This document shows positions 12,664 through 24,701 of a DNA stretch of 64,000 nucleotides, piece by piece. The position numbers and the translations under genes are program-made. Source of the stretch: Octopus sinensis (taxonomy: Eukaryota); NCBI RefSeq assembly GCF_006345805.1, contig NC_043004.1, positions 38,688,001-38,752,000 of the forward strand, read 5' to 3'. A model generated the notes under the pieces. That model searched no databases. It was not told the DNA's origin and saw only the letters and a list, made by a program, of their open reading frames with translations. Positions within the stretch are counted from its first letter, which is position 1. Each line of letters starts with the position of its first letter.

Positions 12664-12977
12664 CTATACACCCTCACCCACATGGTTGACCGATGCCTGA
12701 CCTGTTGAATTCTTCAGCCACCGGTTCTCAACGTACACTGATAAACAGTTTCGCCATGGGCTCTTAGGAGCACAGTTCGATTTGTTTTTTGCTCTGCCTC
12801 TGTTCTGTTTTTGTTTTTCCAACGGATTTCCTTTTTTCTTCCTGAAGAGAAAGACACAATATGGTCCCATTATTCAATCGGATTTTGGTAATTTGTGCCT
12901 TTCGAAACACGTGTAGAATGAAATAAAACGATTTCTGTTCAATCTGCGTTCAGCTCAATTTCTTCAATTCACCAATA
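12646..12977 (+). repeat. Inverted 5' pseudo-LTR copy
   Basis: Reverse complement of 10272-10603; ends in (TA)n. Confidence 0.95.
12839..12918 (+). ncRNA. Hammerhead ribozyme motif (inverted pLTR copy); predicted cleavage after 12915
   Basis: CTGAAGA 12842-12848; stem II 12849-12859 with 12893-12903 (10 of 11 pairs); GAAA 12904-12907; palindromic ACACGTGT stem III; GUA triplet. Confidence 0.75.
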
Positions 12978-13058
12978 TATATATATATATATATATACAT
13001 ATATATACATACATACATGCATACATACATACATACATACATACATACATGCATACAT

Positions 13059-13114
<56 letters not shown>

Positions 13115-15379
13115 GTATGTATGTATAATATTGTGATATGTATTAGACAACCTTGAAATTCCATTTTGAAGGTCAGCCTATTTTTAAAATATTCATTACA
13201 TTGCTCGTCTGTACATTTATCGTAGAATTGGTGGTTTTTTAAACATTCGCATTAAGTTTTCAAAATCAATTAATTTACATAACTGTCAATTACGTAATAC
13301 CTTTGTTTATTATGGAATTAAAAATTGCATTATGATTACCGAAGGGAGAAATCTAATTAGGGCCAAAGTCGACATATTTATCTTTTCATTCAAATGCATT
13401 GAATGTTCATTATATACTAAGTTAGCAACATGCATTTTGTGTGTGTGTCTGTGTGTGAGAGTGTGTGTGAGTGTGTGTTTGTATATTCGCCTTTCGGCTT
13501 AATTGTCGTATGTGTCTTCTTTCAGTTTGTGTGTTCCAAGTTATTTGTCTTTGGACTTGTGTTCGAAAAATAGCCAAAATATAAAATTTTACGACAGCAT
13601 GGCACCGGCTAGCTGCCTTCTTGGAGAATTTAGGTCAAATGCTAACATGCCCCAAAGTCGAAGGAAAAGCTCAGTCGAAGGAAAAACTATACAATATATA
13701 TATTTATATTAAAGAGTTGAAGACATGTGGAATTTCGTTATGAAAATGTAATATAATATAAAGTATATTAAATGTTTTTTATGAGGCGACATCACGTCCT
13801 TCTGCGTTAGCAGTACTCTTTACATTATTTTGTTAAGGTTATTTCTACAGGAATTATAGCCAGCACTGATTATATCTACAACGTTTCGTATCGAAACGTC
13901 AAATGTAAGCAAACAATGAAATCGGAGACAAAAATAGGTAATGAGTTTAAATGCCATATTTCGTGGGGTCTTGCCCCTTCATCAGTACTCATCTAACCCT
14001 ACAAGAATGTGTTTGATATATAAATTGGTATATCGAATAGCTTTACTCCGTTGTATGCAATGGCTGTATGAACAATATGTTCAGTGGCTATATACACAAG
14101 TTGTTCGGGGGGCAATTCTCTAAGAGAGCAGCTAGCCACTGACCTGCTTTCGTCAAACTTTTGGCTAAATTTGGCTAATTTTAGTACAAAGCTGCTAAGA
14201 CAAACAACTTGACCCACGTATCAAAATCTTACTGATACGAGTTAACAACTTTTATTGAGACCAGTAAAGAATTCAACTCTTTTCTCCCTTACTCAATTAA
14301 TCACAAAATGGTCACTGTTTCCTCAAAAAACAACATATATTTTGGGTTTCTAAACCCTCTTCTACGCCGATAATTGTCTCGGAGTATAAGCAAACAGGAC
14401 ATGTATGCGTGTAGTTCCAAAATTTACTAAATGACGTGGCACATGTATACGTCTTCCTATCTAGTAATATAAACCTTTACGTATATCACCTTTCCTCTTC
14501 ACCAGAAATCATAGACAAATATTATTAGAATTATACCATATACGTAATTCCAAAACTCCTCTAATCTTGCTCGATACACTTGAACAACAGATTTAATATT
14601 AGCTAATATCAAATCGTTCCATTGATAATTATCTGTAGAAGAAAAAACATGAATGGGTGTCTATTATTTTCCCTTTCAAATGTTTATATTAATTAGATCA
14701 AACAAGCATATACTACATATTTCCTTCGGCAACATAAAATCATAGACATGGAAAATAAAATGAAAAAACTCACTCTGACCTTCTTCTATAAGGCATTGTC
14801 GTATTCCTCTCAAACATAAACAGTGTGTATAGTACGTAGCCTTGTTTAATGAGAGCTCAGAAAACCGTAGCTCCTCAGTTTAAATACTATTAAACAAAAG
14901 ACATGAATTTATATCCGTGTCATGTAACACACTTTTATTGACGTATATTCAACCGAGTTAACAAAAACTAGTCGCTAGCCGGATGTCCAGTATCATATTT
15001 TTGAAGTCCTTAAGATCACTAGCTGTCATAATATCTATCATAGAGAAATCTTAGTCGATCTGACCGTAACTGAATGTGTCTGCCTATGAATATGTGCATT
15101 CATTGTCAGCAGAGCTTTCTATCCGTTTTTTCACCTCTCGCTTACAATCTTTCGTCATTTCACGCACACACACACACACACACACACAATAGAAAGAAAC
15201 ACACACACACATGTGCAATGAGTGCACTGATGCATAGTCTTGTTGCAGGTTGCACTCACCCAAGAGCAAGATCTCTGGTATTTAGTGACGAAATCTCTTC
15301 TCGAACACCGTGAAAACCTTCACAAATAATGAATAAGTTATGAGTAATTAATGAGGAAGTCTACCGAGACGTTCAGGAT

Positions 15380-15790
15380 GGTTCTCCACCTTTTTATTTT
15401 TTGAAATCAAGAGCATCATCTACAGTTGCTGCGTTCCCTCTCGCCAGATGATCATCAAAGAATATTTGTGGAGGTTTACGGTGTTCAGGTGGATATTTCA
15501 TCGCTAAATGCACAGGTTCTCCCCCCTCCACCCCTTGCGTGAGTGGAACCTTCATCAGCACTATGCTTCAGGCCGCGATTCCATTCTGGTAAGCAAATAC
15601 TTGAGTGAGATGAACATCAAATCTGTCACTCATCAACACTTCTATCCAGACCTTGCTCCCTCTCACATTTGGTCGTTTCTGAAGTTAAAGGAAAACCTCA
15701 TGTGCAGTCAGTTTGAAGACGTTTAGAAGATGAAGTGGGGCTGTTACAGGTACCCGGTATACCTTCACTTTGGAGGACATCCACAAAGAG
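15380..15790 (+). mobile_element. Decayed mariner transposase, catalytic C-terminal part
   Basis: FFEIKSII...VP.RQ...EY and WNLHQHYA...HQHFYPDLAPSHIWSFLKLKENL...FEDV resemble HHDNA / HPPYSPDLAPSDF. Confidence 0.75.
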
Positions 15791-16010
15791 TCAACTATCT
15801 CCTAGCTCTCGTCAAAGTGTCTTTCCTTCTGTTCGTCACCGACAACACTTGGTACAAACCTTGTACAAATTTTGCACGTGTTCATATCTTCATGAATTAT
15901 TCTGTGTATAGTTGCCACATCAACTCCAGTCTATATACTTATTGTCTTTACACACATACGACGGCATTCATCATGCGAATTGTAAATTTTCTCACTCCCT
16001 CCAATACGTG
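15790..16010 (-). mobile_element. Decayed mariner transposase, N-terminal HTH part (opposite orientation)
   Basis: Minus translation ...FTIRMM...TGVDVATIHRIIHEDMNTCKICTRFVPSVVGDEQKE resembles T.R.IA...S..T.H.IL.EDL..RKV.A.WVP..L...QK. Confidence 0.65.
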
Positions 16011-16379
16011 TGTATGTGTGCATGTTTCGCCCATTCCTATTTAAATCACTTTGTGAAAAGTTCTGAACTGTTCTTCTCAATCAAAATAATTAGATAGTAA
16101 CTAAAACAAAAACCACAACATTAGAGAAAGCGACAACCCTATCCAACAGTGAAACCACACCTCCAGTCAAAAACTTAAGCAGGAAAATTCTTCTATATTA
16201 GCCATGTTGAACCTGACAAAAGACATACAAAAAACTTTTAGCCATCACTCAATACCATCCTATGCTATTACCCCAGTATACCAACTCCCTTCTTTCCTGT
16301 CACCAACACACAATCAGAAAAAAAGACCCATGTAACAGTAAAGCCCCGCCACTACGCTAGTCTCTACATTTCTAGTCAA

Positions 16380-17520
16380 TGAACAATGTGTCATTCCCTC
16401 CATCAATGCACAAAAATGGAAGATCCACACCATATCACATTCTTCATTCTTACCGAGACCCACCTTGACAACTCCCACTTGGAAGACAAAATAAAAGTGA
16501 GGAATTTCACAACTCACCTCGCAGATAGAGTCGACAGAAGAAAGGATGATTGCACCACCATTTACCTGCATGATTCCTTTTTGGTAGATGGAAATATGAC
16601 ATACACGAATGGCTACTGTGAATCAGTCAGCGTACACAACAAAACCAATGACGCGATAGAAGTTGGGCTGTGTAGGCCACCTCAAACACTGCGCATTAAA
16701 GAATGCCTCAACAGCATTAAGTGCTTTATTCAACAATGTCATTCTAATAACATAATTATGATGTGAGATTTTAATCTACCCTGTGTTGATTAGCCCACAA
16801 ACAGTTTGAAACTAGGAAACCTCACCTCAACTGCTGACAAAGAAGCAGTAGAATCACTTACCGACTTTATGAATAAGTTTTTCTTGTCCCAACTTGTCCT
16901 TGCACCAAAATATCAGAACATTTTAGGCCTTTTGTTTAATAACTACACTAACACTATACATAATATCACAGTAGAACAAACCCTTCTTTCAGCCCATGAC
17001 ATGGTTCCCTATAACCTGAGATTCCACCAGCCGAAAGCTAACACTAATGGCCTCTCTCCAGCCCACCTATTTGATACCATGCATGACGCCGAGTGGGATG
17101 CAATCATGAACGAGCTATCATATTTTTACTGGACTTTCACACATGCACACACATCCTACAGCATCAAAATATCTTGGCAGATCTTTGTCGACATTGTCAC
17201 AAGCATATGTTCAAAACGCACTCCGCCAAGACTTGTAAAGAAAACTAAGTGCAGAATTCCCTAAAACAGAAAAAAGCTATTATCAGAAAGATAAAAAGGA
17301 CAAACAAAGAAAAAATTAACTAACTAAAATACCCCCAACAGTCACAAATATATTCGACGGCTGAAGCTCTGCTCGAAAAAAAAAAATATAACCTCCTACA
17401 ATACATGAAGACCATCATCAAAAACCGAAGAATAGCTGAAAAGAAATGGGCCGTCGTGAAAATCAAACTCAACCCAAAAGTGTTCTCTTTTGCGAAAAAC
17501 ACAAGGTCACTGTCTTCACT
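16380..17520 (+). mobile_element. CR1/L2-type LINE ORF2 remnant (APE endonuclease region), with stops and frameshifts
   Basis: ILTETHL...DRVDRR...IYL, CRPP, DFNLP.VD, LSQLV.AP...NIL.L.F.N and SAHDMV motifs in ORFs 16386-16766 and 16806-17264. Confidence 0.8.
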
Positions 17521-17559
17521 GAAAGCCCTCTAATTGATGAAAATGGCACTCTCCAACTT

Positions 17560-17920
17560 TCCTTCATCTTCTCCTGTACTCTTTCTCTCCATCTCTCCCC
17601 ATTTTTTTCTATCCGTCTTCTCCCTATCTCTTTCTATCCCTCTCTTCTCGTTTCTCTTTCTTTCCCTCTCTTCCATTTCTCTGTCACTCCCTCTCTCCCC
17701 GTTCTCTTTCTCTCCCTCTTTTCCTTTCTCTTTCTCTCCCTCTCTTCTCTTTCCATCTCTCCCCTTTCCCTTTCTTTCCCTCTTTTCACTTTCTCTTTAC
17801 TTCCTCTCTTCTCATTCTTCTTCTCTCTCTCTCTCTCTTCCCGTTCTCCTTCTCTCCCTCTTTTCCCGTTCTCTTTCCCTCCCTCTCTTTCCCCGTTCTC
17901 TTTCTCTTCCTCTCTATCCT
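17560..17920. repeat. CT-rich low-complexity tract
   Basis: Directly visible. Confidence 0.9.
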
Positions 17921-18399
17921 GTAATGTATGAACTTAAGTTGAACTGGCTTACGAAATACCTTGAGTTATTTCATTAAATGCTTTTACAATTTATATTATA
18001 AATGCCGTGAAGTTGATTTTGCCATGCAGTAAGTTGTGTTGGTATAATAATGCAACACTAATAGTTGGACGACAGTCCATTAAGACCCGTATAAATTTCA
18101 ATATAAATTGTTGTTGTTGTACCAATAATTATTTGAATTGGACAGGGTCAACGATAATATTATTTTACGCATGCAAATACATTAAAACAACAAATATAGC
18201 GATTTATCCCACACAATGGGACAAATTGTTTTATTTCACATAACCTAATTCCAGTTATTGTTATTCAACTCTAACCAAAACAACTTCGTTTTTCACATCA
18301 AATCGTTTTCTCACCACCTTTGCTCCTTTTCTCACCACCCTGTTTACACCTCTCTCTCTCTCTTTCTCTCCCTTTCTCTATTTCTCTTTCTTAATCTCT

Positions 18400-18436
<37 letters not shown>

Positions 18437-18782
18437 AATGTCACGCCCACTTCTTACAAGCATTTCACTTCGCATAACTCTGTCCACTCCTTATTTTAAA
18501 ATATGTTTACTGTCATATTGTGAGATATTACTATATTACAACTTCTCACCTCCAAATTTCTATACATTTAGAAATAAGTATTTCCAATATAAGCACAAAT
18601 CCTGAAATGTTCACCGGTTAAATCGTTAGTTTATCAACTCCAACGGATGAAAAACGAAGTTTATCTTGGTATGATTTAAACCTAAAACAAAGAGGCTGGA
18701 TCAAATACCACGAAGCAGTGTGTCCGAATGTTCTAACGATGATGCCTATCAACCGCCGTCGTAAAAATAAAAATAATGATGA

Positions 18783-18829
<47 letters not shown>

Positions 18830-20735
18830 TCCTTGCCCTTTATTGAACATAGCAGTAAAACTTATCCACGTATAGAAACAACCAGAATTAAAAGTAGAAA
18901 TGATATACAACGATAAAATAACTGAAGACAAAAATATAGACAAATACCAAGACTTAAGGATGTATGTTCAAGACCAAATTTCACGAGGTTACCTTTGCCT
19001 TCCATCCTTTCGGAGTCGATAAACTAGGCACCGGCTGAGAACTCGGGTAGATGAAATCGACTTACTCCTCCCACGAAACTTGAAATCAATATTTTCTACG
19101 TGAAACGATATCAGAGGTTACATTTCCCAGTTTAAAACAGGAAAGAGAGGTGAGTCGAACCACCGTTTGAAATCCATAGATAGATTTACTTGTTTTATAG
19201 CAGTAAGTTTTGTAACTGATACCATTTTAATATTGTGATAATTTTCATCATGGTAATTATTAGAAATCTAGTAGATATTTCATGATATTAACACGGCATA
19301 AATGATATATTACTTGGCTTTCTACTGTATTGAAGGCGATTGAAGAGACACTGATTTAGCATGTTATGTCTATAAGACATCAAAGACAGTTTACAGTACC
19401 ACAGTCATTCGCCGCCCGCCTAGAAATGTTGAACTCACCTCACATAATAATATTGCGACACATGTTTATTTTACTTCAACTGGTCCTATCTTATTCAGCA
19501 TTTTTTTCTAAAAGAAACCAAATAAAAAATAAAAGTCAATAGCTTTTACACAATACCAGGAAAAAATCGTCTAGGGAGTACAACCGACACCCGGGACCAC
19601 CTCAATAAACAACTCCCTGTTTGTGTTTGTTATGATGTCCTTGATTTAAAACATATGTCTTGATGGTGCTATTTAGTTAGACATAATCTGGGTTAAGGGT
19701 GAACAATAACTGTCAAAGATATCTATGTTACTGCTACCAACAATGTGACTTTCATGGTGAAGATATGATTTTAAATTAGCAAAGAGGTAAAAACTCGTTT
19801 ATAGCGAATATATACGATGCATACAGAATAGAGAATTAGTGTGCTCAAGAAACAATGCCTGATATTTGGATATTCTCGATGACTTTTGTGACTATTCATA
19901 AAATAGACATGCGCCAATAAGATTTAGTTAAAATTTTGAATAAGACTCGCATTTACAGTATATTTTTATGACCTGGAAATAACCTCAAAGCACCTGCTTG
20001 AAATATTAGTATTATTCGGAAGGAACCATGAATCATGGATTTGTACTCAAATTTCACTTGAAATGTTTAATCCCAACTTACTGAACTGCCGACGGTTTAA
20101 ACGCCAGTTTAAAGGCAACCAAGATATCAAATATTCTTATCGCTAGAAAATATCTAACTCGCACTAATGTATTGCTTCTAAAGAACAGTACTACTAAGTA
20201 ACCCTACTCGGGAGTTCTTTGGATCTTGGAGACGTCTCATTTTAAGGGTTCAGCATGCTTTTGGTTTCATGCCTGCGGTTTTTCAGTCATTTCATTTTTA
20301 AAAAGTCACAGCCTTTTGGTAATATTTTCTTGCAATGTTTTCTCATTCGTCGTCCCTTGTTGCGATGATAAAGAAAGTGTTATTTGTTTTCGGCAGTCTA
20401 TGCCTTCATTGCCCTACTGGACGTAGTTCAGCTGGTCTTGGGTACGTGCAGTCTTTTTTTAATACTTGTATTTACAATAGGCTACTTAATATGCTGCAGT
20501 TTGTCTTGGTATTATTTTTGCTAGATTGTAAATATTTGCAATTCCTTCGATTTCGATTATATCTGCATATTTTTAATCCATCTCAAAACATGTTTTAATA
20601 TACATGTTTACCTATGTTTACAAACACCAGATGCTGGTTAACTGCACATATCAGCACACTTTTTCTGCAGTCCTTGGAAACAGTATCCGGTCAATTATAC
20701 TTGCCTGTCTGTCTATGTAGATGGGCGTATCCCAG

Positions 20736-20934
20736 AGAATACATCAACAAGCATGACAGATCTAGGATTCCACACACTGGAATTAATAGCTATATATCAA
20801 AATACACTTGGTCGTTCTCCGAGATATTTTCTGGTGTATATTTTTTACCACATCTTTTCTGTCGGCATTTTCATATATTGTCACTACTTCCAGTGTATGG
20901 AATCCTAGCTCTGTTATGCTTGTTGATGTATTCT
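20736..20934. mobile_element. MITE-like element, ~47-bp terminal inverted repeats
   Basis: 20736-20782 is the reverse complement of 20888-20934 with about 3 mismatches; possible TA target-site duplication. Confidence 0.55.
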
Positions 20935-22059
20935 TTCTTGGCTAGGACTGGGCAGTCAGCAACTTATTTAATCTTCACTGTTATATATACTGCAGCTTTT
21001 TAGTATATTCTGTTTCATTACATATTTTGATGGCTAAGAGAAAAGAGGCTAAAAATCATATATCTCAATCCAAAGTCGTCAGCTTTGAGGCCCGCACGTC
21101 TCACTCGATTGTGTGAATTTTCTGTATTATATTCATTCGTTTTAAATCATTTACAGATATCTGATTTCTTATTACCCACAAGGAGCTATACACAGAATGG
21201 GACAATACAAAACATTAGGGGCAAAAAACACCGAAAAACAAAAAAAAAAAAAAGCCGTAAGCGTATGATAAAAATGAAAAGGGTGAAATGAGTATTGAAA
21301 GCGATGTTAACCGCCCCATCGGTCAACAGGTATCGAGCATAGAGAGACTCTCTTGTTATCCCATTCGTACAGCATTCAACAGCCCAATTTTAACTGGCTT
21401 AGTAGCTCTTTCACAATTTAAGTAGTTTCTTTTTCTATCCACAAGTAATTTGTCATTTCAGCTTCTATTATATACTTATAGCCTTCTTTGGAGAGGAAAA
21501 TAGCCATTATTTTTGTATTTGATAGATATCTGTAATACTTATCGAATTTCTACAGTGAGTATTTTACGATAGTTTATTAGTTTTATACAGGGGTGACATA
21601 GTCAAATATTTAAGAAGCTTTCATCGCGATCACAAAGTCCCCTATTTGATGCCACTACTTAACATATTATGCAAGACTTTTAATATAAGCTTGGGTCAAT
21701 CGAAGTTTTATGAGCGAAGTAGAATTAACGGAAAGTGTATGGAAGTCCATTGTGACTATTATATAATGGTCTAACCATGTCATATTCTGTGACACTGATT
21801 CACTTTGAGAATTGCGTTACTGTTGAACATGTCTGTGGAATACTTTGCCACTTCACAAGCTAATTCAAAAGGCATGCCATTTTCATGGTCAACCAGTAAG
21901 GTACTCAACGATGAAACCTAGGGAAGATCAATCTTGTTGTGTAAGGACTCTACCCCATACGGGATAAAACTTTGAACTTCAGATTTTGAATGGTTTTACC
22001 AGTCCAATATTGCTAGATGGTTTAGCGTTCAGTTTCTGTCCTTTTGAGGTAATAAAGCA

Positions 22060-22778
22060 ATCGTCGTCGTCATCGACTTCCACTTCCTCCTCCTCCTCTT
22101 CAACCTCCTCCTCCCCTCCTCCTCCACCACCACCACCACCTCCTCCTCCTCCTCTTCAACCTCCTCTACCTCCGCTTCAACCTCCTCCACCTCCTCTTCA
22201 ACCTCCTCCACCTCCACTTCAACCTCCTCCACCTCCTCTTCAACTTCCTCCACCTCCTCCACCTCCTCCACCTCCTCCACCTGCTCTTCAACCTCCACCA
22301 CTTCCTCCTCCTCCTCAACATCATCATCATCACCTTCGCCATCCTCCCCCCTCCTCCTCCTCCTCCTCTCATCATCTTCATTATTATTTTCGTACTCATT
22401 TAACCTATCGTTTTGCCACATGCTATAGTATTCTTCTTCTTCTTCTTCTTCTTCTTCTTCTCCCTCTTCTTCTTCTTCTTCTTCTTCTTCTTCTTCTTCT
22501 TCTTCTTCTTCTCTTCTTCTTCTTCTTCTTCTACATTTTCTCCCCCGCCTTATGCCTCCTCCCTCTCCTTCTTCATTAGAACCCTCCTGATAATCCTTGC
22601 TATCCCTAAGAGACAAACTTTATGTAGAAGCTCTACTGGCCATTGCATTCCAATCTCCATCAGCCATTTGCTTGTTGCAAGTTCCAAGTTCCACAGGCTC
22701 TATATTATTCTGGTACATTTTCTTCGTATATATGTCCTTTAATGTTGTTTTATGTAAGCCCTTGTGGCTAATAAAAGA

Positions 22779-22809
<31 letters not shown>

Positions 22810-22825
22810 GTTATTGTTATTGTTA

Positions 22826-22869
<44 letters not shown>

Positions 22870-22900
22870 GTTATTGTTGTTGTTGTTATTGTTATTGTTG

Positions 22901-22959
<59 letters not shown>

Positions 22960-22960
22960 G
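22060..22960. repeat. Compound (CCT/CCA), (TTC) and (ATT/GTT) microsatellites
   Basis: Directly visible. Confidence 0.95.
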
Positions 22961-24011
22961 CATTCTAAGACATTCGAGCAACCACCTACGTTTATCGTTA
23001 GATATTTTTGTATTATACTTAATAATGTACTTTAGTTCTATAATTTAGATTAGTATTATAGCTTATAGATTCATATACTCGGATGACAGCACACTTTCTT
23101 CTTCTGGACTACATTTTGAACCGGTTTTTAAAAATGCTAGGCTGGGTAATAAGAAAGAAAATCCCTTAGAAAAATGAACTCAAGCAATCTAATTAGAAAA
23201 GAAAATGTTACATAACAGCTACAACAAAACAAATCAAGTTATTCATAGTTGCTAATGTTGTTCACCAGGTAGAAATGTAGGTCAAATTGAATAGACTTTT
23301 CTTGTCTGCTGATATTATCGAAGAAAGCATGAAATCGTGAGAAATTTCAGTTAACTCTCAAGCGAGAAGTTAACAGGTTCTGAGCAAAGTGGTGCGTATT
23401 GGAATTCAAGTTGGGTTTTTAAGTTTGAAGACGTTGCTAACAGAGAAGTCAATTTAATGAGTCTTCTATCTTCCCAATGGATCATTTTCAATGTTGAAGT
23501 ACTGTAGATTTGTTGTGTGTCCTGAGTAGACAAAAAATATGAAGTTAGTTGGGATCACAATGGAGATGCAGTTTCTGATGATCCACGCAGAATAGCCATC
23601 TCAAAGCTGCCCTTCATCTTGAATGTGGAAGTGAAAGCAATATGACAGGGGCTGCAAATCAGAAACCCCAGTTGTTACACAAGTAGCTGTAATATCCTCT
23701 CGAGAGATTTTTGCTAAAGCGTCCTTGAAGGGAGTGCGACGAACAGCAAAAGAACATGCATTTGGAGTGCGATCTTCCTTTCTGCAACCGACGGTCGTTC
23801 GTAACAACATTGTCTTTTCACAACTATTATAATAAGCGACTATAAAGGCAGTGAGATTGCAAAACCGTCAACACACCAGACAAAATGCTTAGTGACATTT
23901 CGCCCAGCTTTACATTCTGTGTTGCAATTTTTGACTTTGCAATTCACCCTTTCATGGTTCATGAAATAAGTACTAGTTGAGCACGGGGGCAATGTAATGG
24001 AATAACCCTCT

Positions 24012-24701
24012 TGATGGCATCGGAAGGGCCGGATCAATATAAATTACCTTCTGCCTATAACCGGCCTTGGATAGTGCGGCGTTATAAAAATCCGCTTTCT
24101 GCATAAAAATATCGGCACTGGCGGACAGGCCAGACAATCTTAGAGAGATGTTTTTAACCAAATTGTCTGTTACGGTTTTGGCATGATTTGAGAAGACACT
24201 GACATACTTCAAATTAGTGGAAGGCTTATGGTAAGGGCAGTATGAGTCGCTATTAAGGTTAAGTGTAACGTCTAGGAAATTAGCCTTGGTGAGTTCGTTA
24301 TCAAAAACTATACTCATGCCCATTCTATTAAAAAACCTAACTAACCTGCTCTTAGTTTTCTGCACTATTCTGTTCGTGGTGTTTTGCAGGTAAAACAGAC
24401 AATCGGTCACAAAGAACATCTATACACCCTCACCCACATGGTTGACCGATGCCTGACCTGTTGAATTCTTCAGCCACCGGTTCTCAACGTACACTGATAA
24501 ACAGTTTCGCCATGGGCTCTTAGGAGCACAGTTCGATTTGTTTTTTGCTCTGCCTCTGTTCTGTTTTTGTTTTTCCAACGGATTTCCTTTTTTCTTCCTG
24601 AAGAGAAAGACACAATATGGTCCCATTATTCAATCGGATTTTGGTAATTTGTGCCTTTCGAAACACGTGTAGAATGAAATAAAACGATTTCTGTTCAATC
24701 T
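24012..24701 (+). mobile_element. 690-bp copy of 12256-12945 (antisense RT fragment + sense pLTR with HHR)
   Basis: No differences seen by eye. It includes the inversion junction and the 12733-type variant (caacgtacac). Confidence 0.95.
24595..24674 (+). ncRNA. Hammerhead ribozyme motif (third copy); predicted cleavage after 24671
   Basis: Identical to 12839-12918. Confidence 0.75.

Larger units (their letters stand above)
10112..12977 (-). mobile_element. Young 5'-truncated Penelope-like element (Hydra-type) with inverted 5' pseudo-LTR, inserted in (TA)n
   Basis: Uninterrupted 545-codon ORF with FLDVTLNL..PYHKP...SNH...RLS..S...Y..AL..AGY, HIWF..P....RTN...FP.......N...V.I.FS...N...II..HN and VY.C...YIG...R..NH...T.LS..IW.LK...W.I...C.LC..E. 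The 332-bp inverted repeats 10272-10603 / 12646-12977 show 2 mismatches by eye. (TA)n flanks both ends. Confidence 0.9.

Noticed and set aside
20386-20432. Possible mini-exon LCLHCPTGRSSAGLG
   Set aside because: Too short, and no partner exons were found.
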